DNA of 64,000 nucleotides from positions 36,084,001-36,148,000 of the forward strand of contig OZ024757.1 in assembly GCA_964016885.1 (NCBI GenBank), written 5' to 3'. Positions 1-12,430 of this stretch are shown piece by piece; the first letter of the stretch is position 1; each line of letters begins with the position of its first letter. The notes under the pieces are model-generated. The model saw nothing but the letters and a program-made list of their open reading frames with translations. It did not search any database and had not been told where the DNA came from. The DNA is from Eledone cirrhosa (lineage: Eukaryota). A program made the translations under genes and the position numbers.

Positions 1-172
1 GTTTCTACTTTAGGCACAAGGCCAGCAATTATCCAGTGCATTACTGGTACTTTATTTTATCGACCCCGATGAAAGGCAAAGTCAACTTCGGCGGGATTTG
101 AACTCAGATCGTAAAGGGACGTAACTATGCTGGAAAGCATGGCGTCCGACCCTCTACCAATACTGCCAATCC
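1..172 (-). mobile_element. SINE family B (tRNA-like head plus Deu/Nin-like GCCTTTCATC..GTCGATAAAAT.AGTACC domain)
   Basis: Near-identical copies at ~5846-6032(-), 29120-29305(-), 29365-29540(+), 33848-34025(+), 34228-34415(+), 43270-43455(+) and 43878-44065(-). Degenerate copies at 11560-11625, 58100-58255 and 62560-62650. B-box-like GAGTTCAAATCC is present. Confidence 0.8.
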
Positions 173-559
173 AATAATGATTATTAGAAGGATTTAGGGT
201 GTATTAAAATCTATTGAAATACTAAAAGATAATTACATTAATTAGGGGATATAAAGTCGAAGGTGTATGTAGGTAATAGAATGTAATGTATTAAGAGGTT
301 GTATTATAAGGGAAAATTAAAAAATAGTAAATAGATGGATAGTTAAAGTATTATTTTAAAGGGGATACATTGAAAAAAGAAATAAGATCAAAAATAGGTT
401 TAAGGATTGGAGGTATTACTACAGTATAGGATGGGAAAAGGTATAATTGGGAATGAATGAGGTTTAGAAAGAACTTTGATAGACTATATATATATATTTA
501 TATCTGTATTTTTAACTGCTGGTCAATGAATGATAAACATGATTGTCAAATAAATTAAC

Positions 560-722
560 TATGAAGATATAAAAGATACAGAAGCGAAAATCAACCCAAA
601 CCAAACAGTGAGTATGTTCTGTTATTATTTCTGGCAATATTATAACAATATGACTCTCCCCAAGTATAACTATTTGTTTCAACACACGATTTCATATCAA
701 AAACCTTGCAAAATAAATTCAT
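560..722 (+). mobile_element. Penelope-like 3' terminal fragment
   Basis: ATGACTCTCCCCAAGTATAAC...GTTTCAACAC matches the reverse complement of 20950-21025, downstream of the GIY-YIG ORF, and matches 38600-38625. Confidence 0.5.
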
Positions 723-754
723 ATGTATACTTATATATATGTATACTTATATAT

Positions 755-1790
755 CATCATCCTTTTACATACGCTTTTCCCTGTTTGCAAGGGTAGGATC
801 GGTCCTACTCAGCACAGCATCTCTCCACTTGTCACGGTCCTTCGTCATTTCCTCTGTGAGCTTCAGCGGTCTGCGTTCTGCTCTCATCATCTCCGCCCAT
901 GTTTTTCGTGGTCTTCTTCTATTGCATCTTCCTGCTACTGGGATTTCTTTGCACTTCTTTACCCAGCGGTCATCCTCCATGCGCATCACATGTCCATACC
1001 ATCGCAGTCTTCTCTCCCGCACACTACAACTTATCCCTCTTATACCCAGTTTCCCTCTCAACTCATCTATGGTTCGTCGATCACGCACATTGACATTGCA
1101 CATCCAACGAAACAGGCTTGCTTCATTTCTCTCCATATTCATTTCTCTCACATATCGTCTGCAGTTGCTGCTCATGTCTCACTACCATGCAGCATCGCGC
1201 ATCTCACACAGGCATCATATAACCGGCCTTTTGTATGCAGGGAGAAACCCTTCTTTGTCAACAGAGGAAGCAGCTCCCTAAACTTCCAAAGATCCTTATT
1301 CTAGATACTATGACCTCGGAACATCCCCCTCCCATGCTAATCTGGTCACCCAGATACCAGAAGCTTTCAACCACTTCTATAGAACCTACCTGCATTGGAA
1401 AAATGTGTCTATCACTGCAACTTCTACTGTCAAATTTCCCTGTACATCTACTGCATACTTAGTTTTCCCTACCTATAAGTTGGCCTGCTATCCCACTACA
1501 TCTCTTGTGTACCCAAGATCTGCATTGTGTACCTTTTATAGGATTTATGCTAGCTCCTTTTCTACATATCGAACATGGCCATTTCCCTGATGGAATCAGA
1601 GTTTTGTCCTCTTTCCTACTTATCAACACTTTTGTCTTAGCTAGGTTCACTCCAGTCGTATTGATTCCAACTGCTGTTTGCATAACCAGAATTTATTCTC
1701 TAGCTCCTCTTCTGATTCTGCTATAAGAACCAGATCGTCAGCATAGAAAAGTTCCCATAGACAGCCAGTCTTAAAGTCCTCTGTTTTGGT
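755..1790 (-). mobile_element. RTE-clade LINE (family A), 5'-truncated and degenerate RT C-terminus
   Basis: ELFYADDLVLIAES (RT YADD), [20 protein letters not shown]...GRPRKTW-like motifs and a (GAT)n tail. Frameshifted. Confidence 0.9.
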
Positions 1791-2412
1791 CTGGAGTATA
1801 GATGTATTATATGTTTGTGTGTGTGAGAGAGGGAGAGAGAGAGAGACATGTTTGATTTGTTTGCTCGTTTTTTTCATTTCTTTATTTGCTTGCCAGACGT
1901 CCCGTAAATAAGATAAACTGAATGTAAGTAAATCAACATTCAGTGTGAATTGTTTATTGCAAAACTGAAATTCCAGAGGAGTGGGTTACGGAATAACTGG
2001 GCTAAATGTTTTATTACCTGTATTTGTAACAGAGGAGGCGTTACTCCGTGACGTCACTAATTGTTTCGTTTTTCGTCGTAAACACAGCTACAAATTTCGT
2101 TTTTCGGCGTACTCGGGGTAATCATTTTGTTTTTGACACTACCCCTCTATGCCCAAGACTGTTGTCAACGAAGTATTTGGCATCGCCTTGTAGTTATATT
2201 AGTCGATGCCCGTTGGGGTACTTGGTTGTTCCGGTATCTAATCCTCGCCATCACCCATCCTTATCAAGGTATCAGATGATGTTAGCTATTCCAGTGCCTG
2301 ACCCACGTATTAAGTGATGCTCCTGGTAAGGCTACTTGGTTGTTCCAGCACCCTAGCTTTGCCATTACCCTCGGTAATGCTGCCAGTGTGTTGGCTTACC
2401 TGAAAACATTTT

Positions 2413-2667
2413 AGAGGGAGGCTCTGGCCCCCCATGTGGTGGGTCAATCTGTGACATACCATAAGGGAGGCTCTGGCCCCCCATGTGGTAGGTCAATCTG
2501 TGACACACCATAAGGGAGGCTCTGGTCCCCCATGTGGTAGGTCAATCTGTGACACACCATAAGGGAGGCTCTGGCCCCCCATGTGGTAGGTCAATCTGTG
2601 ACACACCATAAGGGAGGCTCTGGCCCCCCATGTGGTAGGTCAATCTGTGACACACCATAAGGGAGGC
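2413..2667. repeat. 49-bp tandem repeat, ~5 copies
   Basis: Unit AAGGGAGGCTCTGGCCCCCCATGTGGTAGGTCAATCTGTGACACACCAT repeated head-to-tail without spacers. Confidence 0.95.
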
Positions 2668-2737
2668 ACACCTTAGTCATGAATTAATATTTTCTTTCGT
2701 TTTGATTCAATATATTTATGTAATTAAGTATTAAATA

Positions 2738-3146
2738 GTAATAATGAAATTATTGTGTAAAGTGCTCAGGTGCACTACAACTCGTCAATATAGTACATAG
2801 AATAATACACAAATGTCAGGGAAGTACATGTGTGTATGTGTTAGCTGTTCTGTTGGCGGATCTCGGGAAGCATGGAGGCCTTAAAGGATGCAGTGTCTCG
2901 ACAGCTAACAACTGATGCAGGTAGTTTGTTCCATGCTTCAGCAACTCTGAGCGTGAAAAAATGTTTCCGAAAGTCATGGGAACTGTGCTGTTTTCTTACC
3001 TTGTGGGCATGTCCACGTGTGTTAGACACATGGAAATCGAAAAGGTACTCAGGGTTGTTGTTGGCAATATGGTTAACAATTTTGTGGGTGTTTACCAAGT
3101 CAGTTGCCAGGCGTCGGAGCTTCAATGAATCCATGCCCAGGGAAGC
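2738..3146 (-). mobile_element. CR1-group LINE 3' fragment
   Basis: LKLRRLATDL..THKI...TRGHAHKV...RKHFFTLRVAEAWNKLP is the typical CR1 ORF2 C-terminus. Followed by 3' UTR and an (ATT)-like tail. Confidence 0.85.
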
Positions 3147-3374
3147 ATTATTATTTGCATATATATTTATATGTGTGTATATACTGAAGTAAAAGTTAAG
3201 TGGAAATATCCAAGAGTAAGAGCACTCAGTCCATAGGACGAGTTTAGTATAAATAATTACAACAGTGACATAAAAACTAGTTTTTATTTTTTTCTCATGA
3301 CAAGCTGAATGAATTGAGGGCCAAAAACCCAACGAAACTTGAATACCTATTTATGTCACTGCTGTAATTGTATG

Positions 3375-3427
<53 letters not shown>

Positions 3428-3467
3428 GATATTAAACAAATGGAAACTATATTTATAAAACCATATT

Positions 3468-3533
3468 TATTTCATTATACATATTTCGGGGATACCATAT
3501 TAAAAATATGGCATGCCTTCTTCAGATAAAATA
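3468..3533 (-). ncRNA. Type I hammerhead ribozyme motif
   Basis: TATTTTAT-CTGAAGA-[stem II ATGCCATATT/AATATGGTAT]-CGAAA-TATGTA-TA-ATGAAATA, with an 8-bp stem I (one G-U). Confidence 0.75.
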
Positions 3534-5189
3534 CAATATATAAACAGTTTTATAAATAATTTTGACGTACCATTTGTTTAATATCGTATATCTACTCCAA
3601 AACTTGAGTGCTTTATATCAGTTATAAAATATTTACTTGTTGTAACCCAACAATTTTAAATAAAACTTTTGCATATATATATATATATATATGTTGTAAT
3701 AATTATACATTCCCTGGCTGATGTTCATTAGTGTTAAAATAATTATTAATAAGTTTTATATATTTCATGATATAAGATGTAAATATTTTTAATACTTCTT
3801 CATATCTCAGAGCATAGATTTTTATGAGTATGACTCTCAATGGGCCTTACTACTACCCCTAAATTATGCTTGGACAATAGAATTGGCCATCAGCCGCTAA
3901 GAGAATCTAACTTAATTCTAGATGTTATGGTTTCACAGTGGAAAGCACCCAGCCCACACTGTGAAGTGGACGTGGAGGTGCCACGGCAAAAAGCACCCAG
4001 TTTGCACTGTAAATGAGGTTGGTGTTCGGAAGGGCATCCAGCTGTAGAAATCAAGCCCAAAATAAAGTGTCTTGCTCAAGGAAATAACACATCACCCGGT
4101 CTGAGAATTGAACTCACAACCCTCGATTGCAAGGTCAATGCTCTAACCACTCAGCCATGTGCCTCCACGATGATGATAATCCCAAGGTGGGGCACCAGTC
4201 CAGCGTATAATATTATTACTACTACAGATCCACTACTTCTGTACCTGTTGATCTAATTAATAATAATAATGGTAATAAAATCATTATTACTATGTCAGCT
4301 GTCATAGTGGGTGGTACTGACTTCTTATAAAGTATGAAGTATGTGATGGTTATCAGGTATGTACTTCCTTAAAGGTATGTCAGCATATCTTACAAAATAG
4401 TTGAAGTATTTCCTGAGGTAAAGCAGGACAGCCAGCACTGTATTAACATATGGCTGGCACCCACCCCCAATACTTCTTTATTTCACCTCCACAACAGCTA
4501 ACAACTAAGGCTATATTAACTCAGTTCACACTGTAAAGTGATCATGTTGGTGACATGACTAAAGTGCCCAGTCCACCCTGTAAAGCAGCCAGTACTCACT
4601 GTAAATGTTGTTGGTGTTAAGAAGGCCTCAAGCCGTAGAAACTAAATCAGAAACAGTCCTGTATGAACAAGACATGGTTATCTGATCTGACTTGTCTGAC
4701 AATGTGACAACTCGTTTAACCCATGCTAGCATGGAAAAATGGACGTTAAACGGTGATAATAATGATGATGATAAAGATATATATTATATATGTATATGTC
4801 ATCATCATCATCATCACTGCTTAATGTCATTTTCTATGTTTGCATTGAGTTAGACAGGTCATCCACGTTATGAGACATGTCTGGCCAGTTTGACCGCACC
4901 ATTCCTTACTCAGATGGAACTGTAAATTTGGCAGGGATTTTTACAGCTGGATGCCCTTCCTAACACCAACCATGTTGGTAGTGGCAGAGTATGACTCTCA
5001 ATGGGCCTTACTACTACTCCTAAATTATGCTTGGACAACAGAATTGGCCATCAGCCGCTAAGAGAACCAACATAATTCTAGATGTTATGGTTTCACAGTG
5101 GAAATTATCATTGAAAATTATAAATTTAAAGAAATTAAAAAGAAGTTAAAACATAAATATATATATCATCATCATCATCATCATCATCA

Positions 5190-5612
5190 CTGTTTTTACG
5201 TCTGTTTTTCCACACTAGCATGGGTTAGATGGGTTCTGTTGTGGGCAGTGTCCGGTCGGCTGACCTTGTCTTGCTCATACGGGAACTAATTCTGGCTTGA
5301 TTTCTACAGCTGGATGCCCTTCCTAAGGCCAACCTCATTTACAGTGAGTGCTGGGTGCTTTTTTACCATGGCGCCTACATGTCCACTTTACAGTGTGGGC
5401 TGGGTGCTTTTTTATGGTGGGACCTCCAAGACCACTTTGCAGTGGAATGATAGGGACCCCAGCCCTATCATCTCATTTCTACAGCTGAGTAAACTGGAGC
5501 AATGTGAAATAAAGTGTCTTGCTCAAGGAAACAACACATCACCCGGTCTGAGAATTGAACTCACAACCTTTCGATTGCAAGCCCAATGCTCTAACCACTA
5601 AGCCATGTGCTT
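5190..5612 (-). mobile_element. SINE family A (tRNA-Cys-like head, CORE-like domain, RTE-derived tail)
   Basis: Head TGGCTTAGTGGTTAG..TTGCAATC..GAGTTCAATTC, CORE-like CCTTGAGCAAGACACTT, tail shared with the RTE-A 3' UTR. Other copies at ~3945-4167, 8825-9200, 19530-19900, 20173-20290, 20610-20885, 22865-23115, 25413-25610, 29775-30021 and 63671-63835. Confidence 0.8.
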
Positions 5613-6489
5613 ATATCAAATAAAAAAAAAACGAAGTTAAAAACTCACGTTAAGCCCCTGTAATTTAATAAGCTCAAGGAATAGATATAATACAGTGTAT
5701 GTTGAAATTTCAATATTCAGGAATCTATTGAATGGTAGAAACTTCACACTGTACACACACACACACACACGGCCTTCCGTTTTTCGGCTACAAACCATTC
5801 AGTCAAATGAGATGATCCACAAGGTGAAACATATGTCCTTAATAATTATTTCTACTTTTGGCACAAGGCCAGCAATAAACCAGTGTATTACTGGTACTTT
5901 ATTTTATCGACCCCGTAAGCATGAAAGGCAAAGTTAACCTCGGCGGGATTTGAACTCAGATCATAAAGGGCCGTAACTCTTTGCTGCAAAGCATGGCGTC
6001 CGACCCTCTACCGATACTGCCAATCCCCCGCCCATATGTCCTTAATAATAATTAATTAACTGTTGTGGAACTAACTTCCACCGAACTCGTCCCATGGACT
6101 GAGTGCTCTACTACTACGGATATTACCTTCCAGTATTCTACCACTATATATATGTGTGTGTGTGTGTGTGTGTTGCAGATAATAACCCATAGCGGTGTGT
6201 GTGTGTGTTGCAGATAACTAGATAGGGATCAGTTGACAGCTCAGCCCCTCTCTTAATTTGAACATCCAGCACAGAATCAAAGAGATTAGAGACACTAACT
6301 AAATCAATTATTGATCTCTGTCCCTGATTCCCCTTATACTATCACCAGCTTGTCTGAGAAAGGAGACCTGTGAGGTTGGGTGACTTTTGCAGTCGGTGTC
6401 GCTGGCCATTGTCCGTAGATATGTCTTTGAGAATAAAAATTGTTTAGAAATTTATTAGGCAAAAAAAAAAAAAAAAGTTATGGATGTCT

Positions 6490-7330
6490 CTGTGCTAGGT
6501 GTTCATAAGAGAGTCCATTGCTAGAAGAGAAGTCTAGTGAGGCCTCTCCATTTATCTTTAGATCAGGGTTGCCATTCCTTCCAGTCATTTCTTTCTATGT
6601 CCGGTCGTCAGTGCCAACATGTGCATTTAAGTCTCCCATCAGGATATATGACTGTCTTAACTACATTTAACACTGCTGTGACTTCATCAAAGAAGGACCC
6701 GTATTCGGATTCCTTATTTGGGGCATAAATTTGCACCACCCACTGAGAACCTATGCATCAAGAGGCAAATCCTTCCTCCTGATGTGATCCAATCCATAAC
6801 ACATTCTGATGGGGGCTTGTGAGTATCCGCACTCCTGCCTGAGCAGTCATTTCTGGTACCACACCTGAATAGTGGAGTTTCCATCCTCCACCCCAATCTA
6901 CAGTATCAGAACCATGAAACTTTGTTGAGGAAACCTGACTATATCTACCCTCCTCTACTGGTTCCTGCTCCTTACATTTAAGGGTTGTGATGTTCCAGGT
7001 TCCAATTGTCAAGGTTTGCTCCCTTCTGAACCAACTTTGGGGTCTCAGGATATGCAATCTTTGTGTGTCCATTCCACACCTCACAGGGCAGGTTGCAGGC
7101 CCATCGTCAGTTTTTGTGGCATGAAATAGAGACTGCAATATATTTATCGAACAGACCCCTCTACCTAAGGCCTGAGTGTGTTCCTTGTTAACCCATGTGA
7201 AGGACAATGTGGTATGGTTCTTTTTTGTAACTCTCACCATATTAAAGTTTCAGTGGTCTTATTCATACCAGTCACCAATCTGGTACTTTCTCAAACCTGT
7301 GAAGACTAGGCTTATTTAGAGGCAGCCTTT
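6490..7330 (-). mobile_element. Degenerate RTE-like LINE (APE N-terminus joined to a 3' remnant)
   Basis: TLTIGTWNITTL...GGWKLHYSGV...AQAGV resembles the N-terminal motifs of an APE endonuclease. Confidence 0.6.
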
Positions 7331-8094
7331 ACTTGTCTTGTCGTAACTATATCACTTGATTGTGAGAGTTTTCTTGTGAGTTACATGTGTCACCCATTGC
7401 TCCAGCTCCCTGCTGTTGGTCCGGGGTTGCTTATTTGTCCAGCAAAGAAGAAGAAGAGAAAATTGTTTATTGTCTATTTTATTATTTTTTTAAATTTAAA
7501 CTTAAATTATTTTATTTACATAAAATACTCAAATATATTCCCAAGATAAAATTACATAAAAATAATTCATAATATAATATTTAGTCAAACATAGAAAAAG
7601 AAAGTAGTATTGGAAAGGACTATAAATGCTATAAATGAGAGGAAAAGGAGGGAAAGAGCAAGGATTATTAGGCACTGAGAGAAAGAAAGGGAGAAGGGGA
7701 GAAGGAGACAGACTCTACACCTAAGACAAAGCAGTGTTTTGGCTGTGCCCCACGGAGAAAATGGATAATAGACAGTGACAGCTGCTGCAACAGTCACCTC
7801 CACCTTGTGGGGCCGTGGTCAGCAACACCTGCTGCAACAGTCACCTCCACCTTCTGGAGTTCCTTCCTCAGATAGGTTGCTGTCATTCCAGTTTTACAGA
7901 TTTTGAAATATATTTTCAATGTTACTAAAAATGGTGGGGTTTTACGACAGATAGCTTTGTTGGTTACTTCACAGTAGCTTTTTTTTCTTCTGTTATTGAT
8001 AAAAGTGAGGGCGAGGACAGTATCATATAAAACTGGTGTAGTATTAACTGTAGTCATAGTCATTACTAGATTAGCCATGAAGGAAAATAAGTAT

Positions 8095-8305
8095 ATGAGG
8101 GTGGGCTGAAAAGTTCATAGGCTGACTAGAAAAGAGTGATGCTAGAGCTGTGAAATCTTGCATGCATTAATTGCAACTCTTTTTTTTTTTAATTTATTAA
8201 TAACTGGATTGTTTCTTTCCAGAGACTATGTTGAAAAATAAACCTCATTTGATCATTCCATGAGAGTATCTTGGTCAGCCTATGAACTTTTCAGATGCCC
8301 CTTAT
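8095..8305. mobile_element. Mariner-type MITE
   Basis: TIRs GAGGGTGGGCTGAAAAGTTCATAGGCTGAC / GTCAGCCTATGAACTTTTCAG flanked by TA. Related copies at ~11400-11530, 30062-30255, 32545-32735 and 45410-45582. Confidence 0.8.
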
Positions 8306-9636
8306 ATGCTCAGAGTATCAAGAATAGATGGGAACCATATTATTTCAATACCTCATCCCAAAGACAAAAATGAAAAAAAAAAACATTTACAGATTTTATG
8401 TATGGTGGGTGGGAGAGTACAGCAATCTTTTAAGTACTTAAAGTTTTAAAAGAAATTAATTCGGCCCTGATAACACTAATGCAGCTTATATAATATTACA
8501 AAGCGTGACAGTTGTAGCTGTGTATCAAAGCTATATTAATACTAGGATAGTTTAACAGTAGTTGTAGTATAACACTAATACTGCTTAGGTGATGGCATAT
8601 GGCTTAGTTGTTAGGCTGCTCGTCTGATGCTCCTAGACTTAAGAGTTCAACTCACAGCAGCATGTTGAATGCTTGAATAAGACACACGTACCTGTCTGAT
8701 AAGCTGGCATAAAATAAGTTGTATTTTATTTTTTTGTTTTTCCTAATAAAATTTATTTTATTTTTTTCATTTTGTACATATAAACACAATTTATGATATA
8801 TATATATATCATCATCATCTTCATAATTTTTACGTCCACTTTTCCCTGCTTGCAAGGGTGGGACAGGAACTGATTCTGGCTTGATTTCTACAGCTGGATG
8901 CCCTTCCTAACACCAACCTCATTTACAGTGAGTGCTGGGTGCTTTTTTTTCCGTGGCGCCTACACGTCCACTTTACAGTGTGGGCTGGGTGCTTTTTTGC
9001 AGTGGCACCTCCACGACCACTTTGCAGTGGAATGATATGGACCCCAGTCTCTATCATCTCATTTCTACATCTGAGTAAACTGGAGCAATGTGAAATAAAG
9101 TGTCTTGTTCAAGGAAACAACACATCACCCGGTCTGAGAATTGAACTCACAACCTTTCGATTGTAAGGCCAATGCCCTAACCACTAAGCAATGTGCCTCC
9201 ATATATATATATATATCTCATAATTTTTAAGTAAAAAGAAATTCAAACACAAACTGGCGCGAAAGCTGATGTGCTTATTCATGTGACTGCATCAATTAAC
9301 CAAACTTCACTCATATATGAAAAAACAACCTTCCCCCCCCTTTTTTTTAAGGCAAATATAATAAGAACTTTGTAGCACGAACTGGCGCGAAATTTATTAT
9401 ACTTATTCACCAACCAACCAAATTACTTCTCTAAAAACCTAACATTTCAAGCCACTTTTTTCCATACAAAACAGAAGTAACATTCAAACACCAACCAGAT
9501 GTGAGAAAAACCACAAACCCGCCATCTCAACTCTACTTTTGAAAAGCAGAAGAACTGCGAAACCGGTAAAGGAACCAAATAAATATATATTTTTATAAAA
9601 AAAGACTCCAGTTGCATTTTCGATTTCATCTTTTTT

Positions 9637-9670
<34 letters not shown>

Positions 9671-9860
9671 ATAATAAATGTGAAGACTAAAATCCGAAGA
9701 GGGCTCGATAAGGATTATAAAACATATATAAACCCGTAGAGCAAATATTTATTATAAGAACGGATTAAAGTTTAAGCAAAGAATGGCTTAAGCAAAGAAT
9801 CAGAGATAATAACCTGAACATATCAGCACCCAGTAATATCAACATTATGGTAACTTATAG

Positions 9861-10999
9861 CTATACTATAAATGAGAGTGCATGTGTGTATCTGCGTATG
9901 AAATGGTGTATCCTAGAGAAAAACAGCTTTAATTTTCAAAATCTGTGTCCCAAGATTTTAGGGTTATTAGTTATCAAAAAATGTAATTGTTACGATATAT
10001 AAATGAACTTCAAGATAGCGGTGATGGCAGTGATGGTGGTGGTAGTTGTAGTAATGGTGGTAGTAGTAGTGGTGGTGGTAGTAATAGTAGTAGTAGTAGT
10101 AGCAGCAGCAGCAGCAGCAGCAGGAGGAGATTTTAGACAAACTCTCCCAGTCATTCCAAAAGCAACAGGATTGATCAAATCTGAACCTGTTTGAAAAGAT
10201 CGCAACAAACATGAAGGCATATCTTGGTGGAGGTAAACAATCAGAGCAGTTTTCCCAGAATCTATCAATGCTTGGGTACGGAAGACTTCCTGTAGATAGC
10301 AAGGGAGCTATTGATATAAGTCCCATAGGCATGACAGTGGAATCATTATTCTAACTCATAGAAAAAGTTCCCTAATCTTGAATATCAGTTCAAAAGTCAC
10401 AAGTGGCTCAGTGAAAAGGCTATACTGTAAAACTGGTAAATCAAGAGTTACTAAAAAGAATTCCAAAAGTTTTGAAGCTCTATCTATCTGTTGACACTGG
10501 TAGAACAGTTGGAATCAGTCAATTACCCGACAGTTCCTCAACCCTTTAGAACCATCAGGAATACCTCCACATGTCCTTCACCTTAAAGAAGGAACACCCA
10601 TCATGTTATTGAGGAATTCTGACCCACCAAAGCTATGCAACGGCACTCAATTGGTTGTGAAAAATATGTATTCACATGTGATTCAAGTCATCATTTCAAC
10701 AGGATGTGGTAGGGGAGAGGATATGTCCATTCCAAGAATTCCTCTTATTCCCACTGATGTCCCATTTCAATTCAAACAACTTCAATTTCCAGTGAGTTTT
10801 AGTTTTGCCATGACCATCAACAAATCACAAGGACAAACGATTTCGGTTGCCGGTTTACACGTTGAAGATCCTTGCTTCACGCATGGTCAGCTTTACATTG
10901 GATGTCCCCATCAATGGACTATCCGTCAAGGAAGACATTGTCTGACATGGAATAAAAAAAAATTGATTATTGCCCGGCAACGATGGGCTACTCAGCTAG
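9861..10999 (+). mobile_element. Helitron remnant with PIF1-like helicase C-terminus
   Basis: [54 protein letters not shown] and FTHGQLY motifs. 3' hairpin GCCCGGCAACGATGGGC followed by CTAG|T. Confidence 0.9.
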
Positions 11000-11949
11000 T
11001 TAACAATAAAGACAACTGTAGCTTGATGGTGCTTAGCTATTCAAGCGCCTTAGTCTCGTTATCACCCACAGTAAGGTATTTTGGCTTGACTCAGAAATAT
11101 TTTTAGAGTGGGTAACACCAGTATTCTTTGTCGTAATGTGTAATTGAGGGACCCCGTTATCAGCTGAGGCAATGCTGTATTTGGGTATATCCTAATTTAT
11201 CAGTTTTAGAAGGAAAATATCAGTCAAAATTCATTTTCGTAACGTGTAAGTGTCGCGTACAGTTTTTCTCCGATTTTTTCTTCTCTCTTCTCTCTTTTCT
11301 CTGACTATTAAAAAATATTGATTTGTTCTTTTTTTTAAATCATAAATATTATATAATCGAATTGGACTATGACGAGGTATGTGTTTGTAAAGAATTAACT
11401 ATGAGGTGCAGCTGAAAAGTTCATAGACTAACTAAGATTCTCTCATGTAATGACCCAATGATGTTTATTTTTCGACATTGAGTTGAAATTAATGCATGCA
11501 AGATTCTACAGCTCTAGCACCACTCCATGTCGATATAATAAAGTATCAGTAACACACTGGGGTCGATTTAATCGATTTTCTCCTCCACCAAAATTGTTGG
11601 CCTTGTGCCTAAATCAGAAACCATTATTATTATCTCGAGAAATAGCGAGTGGGATGTGCTAAAGAGGCAGTCCAATTCTCGGGACGTGTTCTTACCGATG
11701 TACATCTTCATTGAACGGGGGGAACTTATTCCTTCATCTTTACTTGTCTCTGTCACTGATAATTATCATATGATAAATATATAAGATTAAATAGAAGTAC
11801 ATACATGTAATCAATTATTGTTAGGAACCTTATAAATATAATACACAAAAATATATAATCTAAGCAAAAGAACGCCCCCCCCCCCCCTCAAAGCTATGAA
11901 ATCAACACCGAGAGCGTCAATCGGTCACACACCACACCACAAGGGTCAA

Positions 11950-12280
11950 CGGAAATTTTTCAGGCAAGCCAACGCACTGATAGCATCACCGCGGGTGATG
12001 GTGGGGCGAAGGCGCTGAAACAACCAAGCACCCTTGCGGGCATCACCTGACACTTCAGTCAGAACTTCGTTGTCAGCTGCATCTCGAACGCCACAGGCTG
12101 GAAAAAATAGTTAGTTAATAATTCCCGGTATTTCAGGATTTTATTCCGTTTAGCTACGAAAGCAGTGACCTTCACATTTACCGCGGCATCCTTGATGTGG
12201 GAGAGAGTAAAAGAATCGCTGACTGCGGCGACATCTCAGTTTAGCAAATGAGCCGTTTACAATTAAACATGGTAAACATT
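11950..12280 (-). mobile_element. CRE-like non-LTR retrotransposon 3' fragment (restriction-like endonuclease end)
   Basis: Translates to ..DSFTLSHIKDAA..KILKYRELLTNYFFQPVAFE..EVSGDARKGAWLFQRL..ITRGDAISAL, homologous to the end of the 17.5-18.6 kb fragment. Confidence 0.7.
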
Positions 12281-12301
12281 AGTTGCTAGTATATATATAT
12301 A

Positions 12302-12430
12302 CAGTGAAATTCCGTTATAACGAAATTCACGTTATAACAATTCGTTGTAACGAAACATTTTTTATAACGAGATCGACCGAAATTGTTGCCGGAGATTGAA
12401 ACAAATTTCGTTATAACGGAATTTTATCTG
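12302..12430. mobile_element. pogo/Tigger-like MITE
   Basis: TA|CAGTGAAATTCCGTTATAACGAAATT ... AATTTCGTTATAACGGAATTTTATCTG|TA inverted termini. Confidence 0.8.

Noticed and set aside
2413-2667. CRISPR-like arrays (also 44190, 58573 and 60141)
   Set aside because: Head-to-tail units with no unique spacers, no cas genes and a eukaryotic context.
10603-11106. Host PIF1 gene
   Set aside because: Intronless, frameshifted, and ending at a Helitron hairpin-CTAG terminus.
12098-12181. Apparent 83-nt minus-strand intron (GTAAAT...TTTTTTCCAG)
   Set aside because: The unspliced frame reads as continuous CRE endonuclease sequence.
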